Shown in pieces: positions 1 to 12,271 of a DNA stretch of 64,000 nt. Source of the stretch: Andalucia godoyi And28 (Eukaryota; Protista; Jakobida); NCBI GenBank assembly GCA_009859145.1, contig VRVR01000022.1, forward strand, positions 124,001-188,000. The letters are read 5' to 3'. Each line of letters opens with the position of its first letter. The first letter of the stretch is position 1. The notes below the pieces were generated by a model. That model saw nothing but the letters and a program-made list of their open reading frames with translations, made no database searches and was not told the origin of the DNA. Position numbers and translations under genes: made by a program.

Positions 1-2
1 CG

Positions 3-494
3 TCCGATGACGGCACTGCTCCGCAGTATGTGCCTTCTGCTGTTTTGAAGAATCCAGCTCTCGCAGGTCTCAAAGTTGAAGGCGTCAAGAATGCGGATAT
101 GTGGATTGTGTACACATGCAAGAAGTGTGAGGTTCGGTCTGTGAAGGGAATGACACGACACGCATACGAGAAAGGCCTGGTCATTGTACGCTGTCCGGGA
201 TGTGAAGCTTTACATTTGATTGCCGATAACATTGGCTGGTTTCCGGAAGATGGAAGCCCAAGTCAAAAATTCAGCGTCGAAGACACGCTCCGCTTGCAAG
301 GCCAAGCAATCAAATCTGCAAGGGTGGACGGGTTGGCAAGCTTAACTCCCGAAGAATTAGCCGATCTCATCTCCACGGTGAAGTCAGAGCTGGACGACGG
401 ATGCAGCGAGTCAAAGATAACCACCTCTTCCGAAAACGCCCGTTTCCATCATGAACACGCACCCGATGGAAGCTGTTGCAACGAGAAACACTGA
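3..494 (+). CDS. DNLZ: DNL-type zinc finger protein (Zim17/Tim15/HEP1 mitochondrial Hsp70 escort), 5'-truncated at window edge
   Basis: YTCKKC...HAYEKGLVIVRCPGCEALHLIADNIGWF matches the zf-DNL signature; the frame is open back to the window start. Confidence 0.9.
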   Translation, partial: SDDGTAPQYVPSAVLKNPALAGLKVEGVKNADMWIVYTCKKCEVRSVKGMTRHAYEKGLVIVRCPGCEALHLIADNIGWFPEDGSPSQKFSVEDTLRLQGQAIKSARVDGLASLTPEELADLISTVKSELDDGCSESKITTSSENARFHHEHAPDGSCCNEKH

Positions 495-514
495 GAATGT
501 TGCAGTTTTCTGGC

Positions 515-1573
515 TCATTCACCGAGGTCATTCACGGCAAAGTTTGCGAAGCGTTTTTGATATGCTTGATGGACCCAAAGATCAAAGTGATCGCACACTT
601 TCACAGACTGGTATCGATTGCTCTGGAAAACGTCTGTTCGAAATGTTTCCGGTGGAGCGATCCCAAAGGGTACTCGTGCCTTGTTGAACGTCCTGTACAC
701 CGTTTGAAGAAGCATGTCCTTTGGAGTATAGTATACTATTGTTTTGCGCCGCGCTACTTCTGACCAGCGGACCAGCATATCATCATCATGGAATGCTGGG
801 GCACACAAGTGTAAGTAGTCCGGTCGAACATTTGGCTCAAGCAACAAGCAGGCCTCCACGACATGCCTGCAGCCCAGAGAATGTGATACGATGCGAATGC
901 GGTCGAAATGGGGCCGGAGCAACGTCAGTTGTTCCGCAAGGTCTCTAGCGCGTTCCACTGCCCGTTGTTGAGACAGCACCCACTGCAGCCATATTTGGCC
1001 TCCAATCATTAGCGCCGTTGCGACTGTGAGCACTGCTGGTTTGTACAGGACAGGGAGCGGGGGAAGAAGCGGCGGAATAGGAAGAACACGTCCGGATGGC
1101 CACGTCCATCCGACCGCCTTTTTAGACCAGCCGTGCATTTGCACAAGCCGGTCATGGGTAATGATCCAGTCTTGGAAGCGGTCGCTGGAGAGAAAGCCGC
1201 GGCAATCTACACGATGTTTGATTTGATGGATTAGAAACTGGTAAAAGACAGATAAATAGAGAGAATGCGAGACGAGAAAAACAAAAACAAACAAAGCCGG
1301 GGTTGTTGGTGACGTACAAATAGTCAATTCCTTGTCATGAGGATTCAGAGAATCTGATAGAATCTTCAACTGCGGATGAGCATTCAATCCGTGAATTTGC
1401 ACCTTTGAAATCAGATCTTCCAAAGAACCAATCTCGAGGAGCTTTAAAATTCGTTCTTTTGGAATAACGAATGCCGGAACGGTATTCTTCAACGTTTCGG
1501 ACAAATTATTCAATTGAGAGATCGACGAAGAACGAAGAACACGCAATACTTGCCGAAGAACTTTTGGATCCAT
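515..1573 (-). CDS. alpha/beta-hydrolase-fold membrane protein (DUF726/TMCO4-like)
   Basis: 352-aa ORF with hydrophobic segments and nucleophile-elbow-like RIVSHSLGCR followed by LHLCAPAF. Confidence 0.55.
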   Translation of the reverse strand: MDPKVLRQVLRVLRSSSISQLNNLSETLKNTVPAFVIPKERILKLLEIGSLEDLISKVQIHGLNAHPQLKILSDSLNPHDKELTICTSPTTPALFVFVFLVSHSLYLSVFYQFLIHQIKHRVDCRGFLSSDRFQDWIITHDRLVQMHGWSKKAVGWTWPSGRVLPIPPLLPPLPVLYKPAVLTVATALMIGGQIWLQWVLSQQRAVERARDLAEQLTLLRPHFDRIRIVSHSLGCRHVVEACLLLEPNVRPDYLHLCAPAFHDDDMLVRWSEVARRKTIVYYTPKDMLLQTVYRTFNKARVPFGIAPPETFRTDVFQSNRYQSVKVCDHFDLWVHQAYQKRFANFAVNDLGE

Positions 1574-1936
1574 TCGTGCGTATCAGTTCGTCGAGCGAAC
1601 AGCCGGAAAACCGTTGTCACCAATCTGTGAAAAATCGCTTTCAGCAAAGTAACGGTGCAGTGGAAGACGAAAATGCGTCATGAATTATGTGCACACAAGC
1701 AGAGTCATCAACACCTCATCGGGAGGCGGTTTTCGTCGGGCGGGCAGACGATTACCAAATGTCGACGGTTGTCAACAGAATGCTCCCGAGGAAAAAAACC
1801 CCCCCTTTTTCGTCTGATTTACCGACGACCCCAAACACCATTGTTCTCAGCATCAGACAGCAAAGCGGATGCGCTGCGTGACTCATGTTGTGTGCTCGTG
1901 ACGAAGAAGCGAAATGTTTGTTGTTTACATCGATTC

Positions 1937-4124
1937 CTAGAGCGATGAGGATTGCCGGCGAGCTTCGGTAAACATGGTTCGGAAGTAGCCCGCTAGGGAC
2001 GTTTCCAAGTTTCCAAGAATCTTGTCGTGGTCTCCCGTGATTCTCTGGTGCTCGCGCCGCATTGCTGCTGCCTCGTCTTGCAGAGCAGAAATGACAGAGT
2101 CTCGTTGTCGAATCTTGTCTTCTGTCTCCGATACCAACCGAGACTGCGCAACCAGTAATTCGTCAACGCGCTCCTTTGCTGCAACGACCTGCGCTTCCAA
2201 GGATGCTCGAGTTTCCTGTTCCGCTCGCTTCGAAGCCTCCAGACTGAACTCTGTCCTTCGAAGCCCAAGCCTCAGATCCTCAATTTCTTTTTCAGACTTC
2301 TTCCGGTCCCTGTCCAGCAACTCCATGTTCCGATGGGCGACTGATAGTTCTTCTTCAAGGTCTCTCTTCATAATGAGAGACTCTCGTTCGAGAGAAGAGT
2401 ATTCTCGGTGGAGTGCCTGCCGAGCTTGCTCAACTTCATCAACCCTTGAACGAAGCGTTCGTTCTGTGTCTGTCTTTTCGTCGACAGCACGAGCAAGCAG
2501 ATCTTCTGCTTCTCGGACAGCTCGTTGCATTTGAGTTCGGATAGACTTTGCTTCTTCGTCGGCTGCTCGCAGACGAGCTTCCAAATGCCGTGAGGATTCT
2601 TCAATCTGCCGCAGTCGAGTTTCCTTGATTGATAATTCGGACTCCAGGTAGTCCTTCTCCGTGGACCGCAGTCGGAGTTCTTCAGACAGTCTCCCACATT
2701 CTCGTCTCAACTCAGAGACTTCGGTTTCCAAATTAGCGACCATTCGATCCCGCGCGGCGGAGCTTCTGGATGAACTTTCCATTGATGCTTCTTCAATCCG
2801 AACCTTCATGTTTTCAGAATCTTGCCGCAGCCGGCCGTTTGTGACTTTCAGCGCAGCGTTCTCCTCGTGGGCGAGCTGCAGAGCCCTTTCCAAATCCATA
2901 GTTCTGTCCTGCAGACGCGCCTTTTCCGAATCAGCTCTTGCAAGTTCCTCATCCAGACGGTGGCGGCGTGACTTTTCCGCGACAACTTGGTCTTCCAACA
3001 TACGAAGTGTGTGCACACCGTCATCGGCACGCATAGACAATTGTGTCTTCAGAACGTCTATTTCGGCATTCTTTGTCTCTTCAAGTGCACGGATACTCAT
3101 GTTCTGATCTCGTTCGTGGCGCAAGGAGGACTGGTCTCTGTTTCGCTGCAATAATCGTTCAATGTGCGCTGTAATGTCGTATGGAATCTGGTTTCCAGCA
3201 ATTTGCACATCCTGAAGTACCGTATTTGACTCAAGAAGTTCAGCGAGAGCCTTGCCCCCCGGAGCGCCCAGAGAATTCCAGCGGAGATCCAGGACTTGCA
3301 GATGGCCGTTCATCTTCAGAAACCGCAGGAAATGAACGGCAGCCTCTGCTGAGATGCGGTTGTTTCGAAGATCCAAAGATCGGAGACCCATGTTTGCAGC
3401 GACGCCTTCCCCAAGAGATTCAATCGCAGATTCGAAAGCACCACTGAATAGATTAGAGACACTTGCAGATGAAGAAACAATTCAACCCAAAAGAAAAGGA
3501 ACATACACTGTGTTCCACTCCACAGAAACAACTTGCAGAGTGTGGTTCATACGAAGTAGATGCGAAATAGCAACGGTGCCATCTTTGGAGATGTTTCCTC
3601 CGCGCATATTCAATGAGGTGATGGTCTTATTGTATCGCAGTGCCTCGCACAGAGCAACACAGCCTGGACTCAGAAAGAAGGAGGTGAATTTCGGTGGTCA
3701 AATATAAAAAGTAATAATTGATAATACAGGAAATAGAAAAAGGGCAATCTCATACCTTCATCTCCCATGAAACTTTCCGAAAGATCAACTTCCCGGATAA
3801 TCATGTCATCTTTCAACAGCCGTGCAAGTGCAGTCGTTCCCTATTACGCGAAATGGCGTGGACTCATCAGCAATTTCAGCAACCACACACTAGCAAAAAA
3901 AAAAAAAAAAAGAAGAAAAAAAAAAGAGATAATAAATTGCAGGACAAGAGGGAAAAAAAAAAGAGAAAAGAAACACATAAAAAAACACGTACCTTCGGAC
4001 CCAGCGAGCAATCCGCCAAATCAAGGTGCCCAGTTCTTTCTGCATTCTCCAGCGCCAACAATACTGCAGAAGACACTTCGATCCCCAAAGTCCTTGCACT
4101 TTCTTCAAACTTACTTCGTAACAT
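1937..4124 (-). CDS. LRRC45: LRR + long coiled-coil centrosomal protein (LRRC45-like), 4 exons
   Basis: Exons reconstructed by eye with GT-AG introns (donors GTACGT ~3991, GTATGA ~3754, GTATGT ~3507) give RI-like LRRs (IREVDLSESFMGDEG, ITSLNMRGG, LRSLDLRNN, LQVLDLRWN) followed by a ~400-aa coiled coil. Confidence 0.7.
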
Positions 4125-4456
4125 CTGTGTGAAAATGCTGTTATATGGGGAAATGGAAACTTCAAAAAATATGCAAAGCAGACGAAGTGCCAAAAAAGAA
4201 AAAAAGACATTAAAATCAAAAAACGAGAAAGAGAGGGAGAGTCAGGACGCCATCCGTTAAACAGCCTAGCTACGGCTGCTGTGAGTGAGACTCATTTTGG
4301 AGAATGGGGCTCGTCTTGGGAATTGGCATTCGTAAATCCGTCGTGGCTTGTGGGACTCGCGAGGATGTGGAATCGTGATCGTCCCGAAAGTCTCTCGCGA
4401 TTTGGATTTCAACAGAGTTCACGCGCAGGGAAAAGGAAAGCCACCACAATTTGTAC

Positions 4457-7400
4457 ATGTCCGCATCACCACCAACAGCTTCTCAGCCATTTGAGTTCCT
4501 AGGTATGTTTGTTTGTTACCGGTTTTTTGTTTTGTTGTTGTGTTAAAAAAGGGCTTGTGAAGTTTGCGACGCTAATCGGCTTGCTTTATGCTTCATCTGC
4601 CAGAATCTCTCCCCACATTTGTTCGTTTAGAGCTTATTTCCGATGTATTTGGCGTTTCCGTGCCTGTTGATGCCAATACGCACAAGCAAGAGTATGTGTC
4701 GCCGAATTTCCGTTGATCGCATTCTGCGTCGTTTCTTTTCTTTTGTTCAAATCGTGTGTTAATCTTTAATGTTTTAATTTTGGAAGCAGCGGCGGAGAGA
4801 ATGTTATTTATTTGTCATCATTGGAGAAGATTGTCCAAGACCATCTTGACATGTTGGATCAATCTCTCAGATATTCGCAAGATCTTCCTGATGTCAATGG
4901 CAGAATTGGTCCAGACGTCACCCAGATTGATCAAGACCGTTCGTGGGGAGAGTTTGACATATCGAACAATGCTTTCATCGCGAAGTCGGCGTTTGTGTCA
5001 TTACGATCGTCCACGTGTTTGTATTCAGGCAAGTGGATGTACGAAGTGCAGTTAGAAACTGACGGTGTTATGCAGCTTGGATTCGTTAGCAGGGACTCTC
5101 CTTTCAACGAAACTTCTGGGGTTGGCGACTTTGCGGATTCCTTTGCGTATGACGGTCGACGGCTGAAGAAATGGAATGTGCAGGACGAAACATATGGAGA
5201 ATTCTGGACTGCGGGAGACAGTATTGGAGTCGGACTGGATTTGAATGAAGGTAGAATTGAATATTTTCGAAATGGGGTGTTTCTTGGTGCAGCATTTTCG
5301 TCAGTGAAAAAGGGCGCGCCTGGCGACATTGCCTACTTTCCGTCTGTTTCAATCTCCCGAGGGCAGTCTTGCTCGCTCAACTTCGGACAAGAACCCTTCC
5401 GATACCCAATAGATGGATTTGCGCCTGTGGATACAATTCCGAATCGGTACAAAGAAAAGGCCAAGTTTTTGATGTCTGCCATCGAAGCCTGTTGTATGAA
5501 GATGTCAAAGCAAGATGCGCTCGAATCTCGCTTGTCATCCTCGGAAACAAATTACGTCAAACTTCTTCCTGTTCTCGATGTATCCTTCCGGTTTTTTGCG
5601 CCGTACATGATGGATGACTGGGTTATCCAAGCATTGTGGCTCCCCTTCCTCATTCGGCTGCGATCTGCAACACGAGGCTCGCTGTTTCCCTTCTTTGGGA
5701 TTCTTCGTTGTTGTGTTCCGTCAGAGGCATTGAAGGACTGTATCCAGTTCTCCATGCGATTTTGTGGAAGAATGCTTACAGGGCCAAGTTTCGATGACTA
5801 TTTCACCATTGCGATTGAAATCATTAGTTTCCGCCCGTTCCTATTGTTGTGGGCGTCGTCCTTTTCGTTTCGAGCAGATTTAGAACGGTTCTTTTTTGTG
5901 AGGTCATTTTCTCATCACGATTTGCATCGTTTGATACCAGATTCTGCATTTATCGGCAGTCGCACGTCTTTCGCTTTCCGCGATGCTGAAGATTTGCTCA
6001 AGTCATCGCTTTCTGCGCGCCATATTGTTCTTGAAGAAAACAGATTACGCCTGGTTTCGATTTTTATTGATGATCTTGTGCCGTTTTCCACGGATGAGCG
6101 GCGGATATTGCAGTCGCCTTTCTTTTCGGATGCTTTGGATTCAGAATCGAAAGCCAATTGTCTTACAGGACTTCCTTCTACTCCTTCTCATCTGCTTTTG
6201 TTTTGGCTGCAAAATCACGTTCTTGCTCGGAATGCTGCATTTTGCCGAGAAATTCGACCACCAACGCTGTCGCACCAAAGCATTTTAATTTCGCTCTTGC
6301 TCACTCTTCTTCGAAAATGTGAATCATCCTTCAGTTCTCTGATCGCAAAGTTTGGTGTTGGATTTCCTGTCCTCCTCTGTTTTTTTGGACGACCGTCTCT
6401 TGCTTTGGGATTGGACTGCATTGGTGGCACCATGTCCCATATCATGAAAAATGTCCCTTCTGCGGTTTCCGAGCTCTGCATTGCTGCTGCATCTGCCACC
6501 AGCGATGTTGCCGCGGAGCTGTCCTACGCGTTTCTGCATTCTTCTGTAGTATTGTTTCATTACGTTGGCCGGTCACATTTTTCTGGCATTCTAGAGACCC
6601 AGCGAGAGTACACACGCCTATCTCGCTCAGCACGATTGTCGGATGAGATTACGGCTCGTCAATTGTATCGGGCCATGTTTGTGGAACGTTGTCAACAACG
6701 AGGATTCGAGAAAAACAAGCTCCTTATTGGTTTTTGTGCATATATTGCGAATCTTCTTCGTATCTGGTCTCCCCTGCCCTCTGGATTTCTTGGAGTCCCC
6801 GTTTGCTATGTAACGACGTTAGTTGATTTGTTTCAGTACTTGCGACAAGCAGAATTGCAGTATTTTTCTGCAACCAGCGATTGTCCACAGATCCTCATGC
6901 TGATTGTGAAGCTGATGTCAGACTTCCGCATTTTGGTGGATAGTGTGCGAGAATCATTGGCATCCGTTGTCTCTTCTGCCATTTTATATGAGCATTTTGT
7001 TCATATTTTTACGGATCCATCCACCTCCAATTCCCGAGTGCTGATGCAGAGTCTGATTGATATTTTTCTGGGCCGATCATGGGTTGCGACACTTTCTGTC
7101 ATTGTTCGGTTATGGCGCGGAAAGTATTTTGCATCGTTCGTTACGGATGATGAAGTCAGCGGGTTGATCTTGATAGGGGACACTGTGCCCGAGTGTGATC
7201 CCTTGCAGAAACTTCGTGATTCCTTTTCTGCTTTGTTGAGCGACGACAGTCGAACGACAACCAACCTTTTGAATCGGATTCTGAACCAACTCAACTGGTC
7301 TCTTACTGAAATGTCAGTGGCTGTTGATGACATGTCGAAAGAACTGTCAGAAATGCAGGTTCGGCCCTCGGCAGTGTTCACTCGTGACTTGCAGGACGCG

Positions 7401-8330
7401 TTCAGCCGGAATGTGAAAAAGTGTACCATTATGTTCGATGTATCCTGGATGCTCTTACGGTTTTTGGAAATTGTGTCCATTGAAGCGCCAAGGGCGCTGT
7501 TGGGAGCCGAAGAAGATCCCGTTTCGGGGAAGGAAGAGGTTTCTAATTCCAATTTTGCTGCTGAGATTGCTCTCTCACGATCGGTCGAAGCTCTCTTGTT
7601 TGTGCTTTCTCATTTCTCAGTCGGATCAACATCCCGGAGCTTCGATACTGTTCTGAACGCTCACACTGCGATGGTGGACGATGCGGAGAAGGAAGCGGAT
7701 ATTCTTCGCCCAGCAGGCGCTGATCCGATTGCTGCTGCTGTTGATCGGGCCGTTGATCCGTATTTGGTGCTTCTGAAGCACTTACCTCTGGAGGGATTAG
7801 CCAAGATTCGGCGGTCGTTTTTGTTGGCCCCAGTCATCGGCATCCTCTCTCGTCTGCATCTGAATGACCGGTTGATATCTGGTTCGGTTTCTAATCTCGT
7901 GTCCAAATCTCTTGTTGACGCAGGTGTTTTCACTTGCCTGACCCCTCTGACGTTTCTTGGCAAGCTGAAATGGGATGTCTGCAAAGTCACTTCCGGATCA
8001 TCACTTGCTGGTGCAGTCCCTGCAGAGGAAGAGCCAACGTTTTCAATGCCGTCCCTTGTGAATGAATACAACATTCTTGTAGAAGAGTGTCAGCGCGCGT
8101 TCGCATCGTCCAATGAGTCCGTTTGTTCTGTCTCGAGCACGTCCGCAGATGTGTGTGTAATTTGTTACAAGTCTGTCGTATCGTGCCGATTTGTTCCCTG
8201 CGGTCACACATCTTGTCGCCGATGCATACGACGGCACCTGCTGAATTCGGACCGATGCTTCTTTTGCAATTCTCAGATTTTGAGTGTGGAAGACACTGCA
8301 ACACGTCCTGCGTCAACAAAGACGGAATAA
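4457..8330 (+). CDS. RNF123: SPRY + RING E3 ubiquitin ligase (RNF123/KPC1), two short 5' introns
   Basis: SPRY (GKWMYEVQLETDGVMQLG, FAYDGRRLKKWN, GDSIGVGLDL) and C-terminal RING (CVIC...PCGH.SC..CI..HL....CFFC). Upstream exons from ATG 4457 join in frame via GTATGT...AG introns. Confidence 0.85.
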
Positions 8331-8462
8331 AACGGGCTTACGCAAACGCAAGAAAAGCGAATCAAATGAACATTCATGATTTTTTTTGTTTTGTATTATC
8401 ATTTTTAATATGTCAACAAGATGCGCAAATAAAAAGGCGAACAAAAAGATGAAATAAATCGT

Positions 8463-8463
<1 letters not shown>

Positions 8464-8549
<86 letters not shown>
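8464..8549. repeat. (GA)n microsatellite
   Basis: about 43 GA units between convergent 3' ends. Confidence 0.95.
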
Positions 8550-8552
<3 letters not shown>

Positions 8553-8584
8553 TCAGGACGGAAAAGGACGCGAGAGCAAGACAA

Positions 8585-10867
8585 TTATTGAGGAACATTC
8601 CAAACCAACACTGCACCCTCATCACCCACAGACACCAACGTGCGGCAATCTGGGGCGAACCGAACTCGTGTTACGGCCCCTGAATGTCCAAGACCAGTGG
8701 CAATGACTTCACCGGCATCATAATCCCAAAGTCTCACAGCACGATCTTCACCACCAGTTGCAAGACGCAGCCCCCGAGAATCAAGGTCGCCGGTCAACAA
8801 TTCTCCGGAGGGAGATCCATCCAATTCTCTGATCAGCGAGCAATCGTATGCATCCCAATAGCCAATCTTTCGGTCAGTTCCCACTGTGACAATCTGCGAC
8901 TCATCGTCCAACAGCGCAACGTCTTTGAAATATGTCTGTGCATACAAAATGTTACTGCGAATCATCCGTCGCAGATCCCAGACGATGCACGAACCGTCAT
9001 CGGACGCTGAAATGCACTCTGCGTCGTTTCTTCGCACTCGGATTGCATTGATGGTTCCCTTGTGCTCCTTCATCGATCCAGCCATCTTTGTGACGGCATT
9101 CCCAGAGCTGGAAAGATTCACCGACCAAACACGAATTTGGCCATCTGATCCCCCCGTTACCACATGCACGCCATCTGCGCAAGGCGCAACAGCAGTGACA
9201 CCAGTAAGTGGTCCAGTTGCTGCTTTTTCGCCTCTCTTCTGCGCTCCAACACCCACAGCATGTGCGTCATCAATAACCCACAGCAACTTGCCAGACTGAG
9301 GTCCAAACGCGCGCAACTTTCCATCGCCGAAGCCGACAAGAACGGCACCGCCGTCTCGTGAAAAAGAGACGCAGTTCGCAGAAACTGATGGAATAGCAAT
9401 GCGAACGAGTTCCTGCCCATTCTTGGAATTCCAGATTCGGACGTCGCCGGCAGAAGAACAGGTGGCAAACAATGCCCCGGTTCCAAATGGGAACGATACA
9501 TCGTTAATTCTTGATGCGTGGCAAGCATGAAACAGCAACGGAGTCACTGCAGTGGAGACAGGGGCAGCAGCAGACGCTGGAAGAGGTGCAGTTGCAGGCT
9601 TTCTGGCAGAGGTTGTTGCGTTCGATACGGGGGCAGAAGACGGTATAGAGGCAAGCGAAGGAACAGTATCGGTAACTCCCATACGCAGGTTGAGAGCATA
9701 CAAATTGGATTGCGTGGTTCCCACCCAAAGCATATCTCGTTCGCCAACAGACGATCCTGCAACTGCGACCGATGTCACCCCACCATCCACAGTGATTTTC
9801 TGCAACACGGCAAGCTCCGCCGTCTGAGCAGAAATGGAGAGTACTGCTACAGACCCATCTCCTCCGCCAACAAGCAAGACCGGACGGGCACTTGCACGTG
9901 CAGCAGCAGCAGCCTTTTGCATTGCTGGAGTCACAGTGGTGGATAGCGTCTTCGTTCCAGCCAGCTTTGTCGCATTTGCTGTGGCCGTCGTCGTTGCAGT
10001 GAACGGCGCAATTGCCACAGAGTTGGGAGCAAGGTATGCGATGGAGGAAACTCCTTGGGAGAAGCGCTCCTTTGGCCCACATGTTCTCAGCAACGGTCCG
10101 TTTCCAAGTGGATTCGCAGCATTCTTCAGACTGATCACGAGAACATCTCCTGCATCCGTGCCTGCATACACCCAGCCACCATCTGCATCGTCGGTGTCAT
10201 TCGAAACTGCAAGGCAGGTCACCGAGCGCTTCATCTTTCCAAGCTGTGCATCCACAGCAGTCATCTTACGAGCTACAAGGTCGACTGTCCAAAGCTTGAC
10301 ACCACCAGTTCCACCAGTCACCAGTCTCATGTCCTTGCCGTTCGATAGCCACTGTGCACAAGCCTGCTCCTCGGACCCGTAGTGAGTTCCGCAAAGCGCC
10401 TTTCCAGTCATCACGTCCCACACAACAATCTGCCTATCGTCGATTCCACCGAGCGAAACCAAAAAGTGCGAATCGTCGGAAAAAGCGAGTGCCGAAACTC
10501 GAACTTTGTGCAACGAAAGCCTGTGCAGCAAATGTCCCTGAGGAGCGCCGTTTGAAGAAGCCGAGGCATAGTCGAGTGCCCAAATGATGATGTCGGCTGC
10601 AAAGCCCATGTGAGAAACCTGACCTGACGCTGCAAATCTGCCGCATGACGAGACAGCCAGCACGGAGATCCGGTTCGAATGTCCAGAAAGGAAAGTCGGC
10701 GATGACGCAGCAGACGGCGAAAGCGAAGACGATTTCAAAACAAGCGTTGATCCCAAAGGATAAACAAGAAATGAACCGAGAGACGCGTGTGAAGCTGAGC
10801 TGATAACATGCACGCCTGAGGGAACAGTCCCAGACAAGCCAATGCACGATGACAAAGCGAGCGACAT
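8585..10867 (-). CDS. CFAP52: cilia/flagella WD40 protein CFAP52 (WDR16)
   Basis: WD repeats with LHRLSLHKVRV.ALAFS, GQLGKMKR, KEHKG.IN.I.V, SASDDGSCIVWDL, GHSGAVTRVRFAPD; likely start ATG 10867. Confidence 0.9.
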   Translation of the reverse strand: MSLALSSCIGLSGTVPSGVHVISSASHASLGSFLVYPLGSTLVLKSSSLSPSAASSPTFLSGHSNRISVLAVSSCGRFAASGQVSHMGFAADIIIWALDYASASSNGAPQGHLLHRLSLHKVRVSALAFSDDSHFLVSLGGIDDRQIVVWDVMTGKALCGTHYGSEEQACAQWLSNGKDMRLVTGGTGGVKLWTVDLVARKMTAVDAQLGKMKRSVTCLAVSNDTDDADGGWVYAGTDAGDVLVISLKNAANPLGNGPLLRTCGPKERFSQGVSSIAYLAPNSVAIAPFTATTTATANATKLAGTKTLSTTVTPAMQKAAAAARASARPVLLVGGGDGSVAVLSISAQTAELAVLQKITVDGGVTSVAVAGSSVGERDMLWVGTTQSNLYALNLRMGVTDTVPSLASIPSSAPVSNATTSARKPATAPLPASAAAPVSTAVTPLLFHACHASRINDVSFPFGTGALFATCSSAGDVRIWNSKNGQELVRIAIPSVSANCVSFSRDGGAVLVGFGDGKLRAFGPQSGKLLWVIDDAHAVGVGAQKRGEKAATGPLTGVTAVAPCADGVHVVTGGSDGQIRVWSVNLSSSGNAVTKMAGSMKEHKGTINAIRVRRNDAECISASDDGSCIVWDLRRMIRSNILYAQTYFKDVALLDDESQIVTVGTDRKIGYWDAYDCSLIRELDGSPSGELLTGDLDSRGLRLATGGEDRAVRLWDYDAGEVIATGLGHSGAVTRVRFAPDCRTLVSVGDEGAVLVWNVPQ

Positions 10868-11000
10868 TACCAGATTTTTTCCGCTTGCAGCGTAATTCAA
10901 AATAAAAAATAAGAACAAAATAAAATAATAATTATTACAAAATAGATTGAAAATGAAATGTGAATAGAAGAATGCAAACGGAAAAAGTAGAAGGTACAAA

Positions 11001-11050
11001 CAAACGAAAGACAAACGTAAGACAAACGAAAGACAAACGAAAGACAAACC
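11001..11050. repeat. 11-bp minisatellite (CAAACGAAAGA) x ~4.5
   Basis: direct tandem copies in the CFAP52/ABT1 divergent intergenic region. Confidence 0.85.
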
Positions 11051-11305
11051 CAAAGGTGCTTTTGCAAGGTCAAACACTAAACCTCGGAGAGGAGTTTTTC
11101 AACGGTTTCGAAATGAAAGGAGGGCCTTGATCCTTGATGCAACTTCGTTTGTTTTTTGGCGAGCGTTCAGGTTTTTTGAAATCAACAGAATTCTAGTGTT
11201 TTTTACAGCCATTCGGTTTTTCTAGTTCCCCGGCTTTCTTCTTCTTCCGTTCTTGATTCGCTCATATTTGTGTATTACGCACATCTCCAAGAAGTGAAGA
11301 ATTCA

Positions 11306-12157
11306 ATGTCGGGCAGCTCGGATTCGGAGCAGCATGTCATTTCTCACGAGGAGCTGGAAAGAATTCATGAGAAGAGTAAGAGAAAGGGAGTAGTATACGT
11401 TTCTCGCGTTCCTCCGAACATGAAGCACACGAAATTGCGCAAGATTTTATCCGAGTTTGGATCTGTGGAGAGAATTTACCTGCGTGCTGAAGACGATGCT
11501 GCGCGAAACAGAAGGAAAGCAGCGAACGGATCCGCGCAGAAACAGTTTGTGGATGGCTGGGTTGAGTTTGCAGACAAGAGGATTGCGCGTCGTGTTGCGG
11601 AGTGTTTGAACGGCACCCCGATGGACCCTTCCAAACGCGGATTCTACCACGATGACATTTGGATGTTAAAATACTTGAAGGGAACAAAGTGGTCGGAGAT
11701 TCAAGACGAGATATCAGAAGAAGCGCATGTCAGAGAACAGCGAGTGCGGGCCGAGGTGCAGACTGCAAAGAAGGAGGTCAGTGCATATATGAGCATGGTG
11801 GACAAGAAGAAGAAGCTTGATCATGTTATGAAACGAAAGGAGGGCAAGCCTGAGTCCATCCACTTGAAGGAGAACAAATTCAGACAGCGACAGGACTTCT
11901 CGCAGACACGATTGCACGTGCTGGATGCTGACGAAGTTCGACAGACTCTGCGGAGCGACGAAGGGGCTTCCACCAGCCATAGTGTGGGCGCGAACCTGGT
12001 ACGCAGATTAGTGGGGAAGTTTACTGGGAAGAGAGCTTTGGATGGCGCTGGAACGTCTTCTGATGGGAAGGCCGTTCATGCGGATACGAACGAACAGACA
12101 GAACGGCATGCAAAGAAATCAAAGAGCGGTGAAAGCGGAATTCGATTGTTTGCGTAG
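11306..12157 (+). CDS. ABT1: pre-rRNA processing protein ESF2/ABT1 (RRM)
   Basis: KGVVYVSRVPP, GWVEF.DKR.A, DDIW.LKYL. Confidence 0.92.
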   Translation: MSGSSDSEQHVISHEELERIHEKSKRKGVVYVSRVPPNMKHTKLRKILSEFGSVERIYLRAEDDAARNRRKAANGSAQKQFVDGWVEFADKRIARRVAECLNGTPMDPSKRGFYHDDIWMLKYLKGTKWSEIQDEISEEAHVREQRVRAEVQTAKKEVSAYMSMVDKKKKLDHVMKRKEGKPESIHLKENKFRQRQDFSQTRLHVLDADEVRQTLRSDEGASTSHSVGANLVRRLVGKFTGKRALDGAGTSSDGKAVHADTNEQTERHAKKSKSGESGIRLFA

Positions 12158-12271
12158 CTTGTGCGGTCGTTTAGCAATCTGTAAATACGGTATGTTGTCG
12201 TATCTATGCGTGTGCTGTACAACGTCAATTTGCAATACATAACAGGAAAATGACCGAACGAGGCGACGGAG

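Noticed and set aside
8413-8706. ORFs made of (ER)n/(LS)n and poly-K runs (also 3718-4260, 20043-20279)
   Set aside because: Translations of GA microsatellites and poly-A intron tracts
11001-11050. CRISPR-like array
   Set aside because: Direct tandem 11-mers with no unique spacers, in a eukaryotic context
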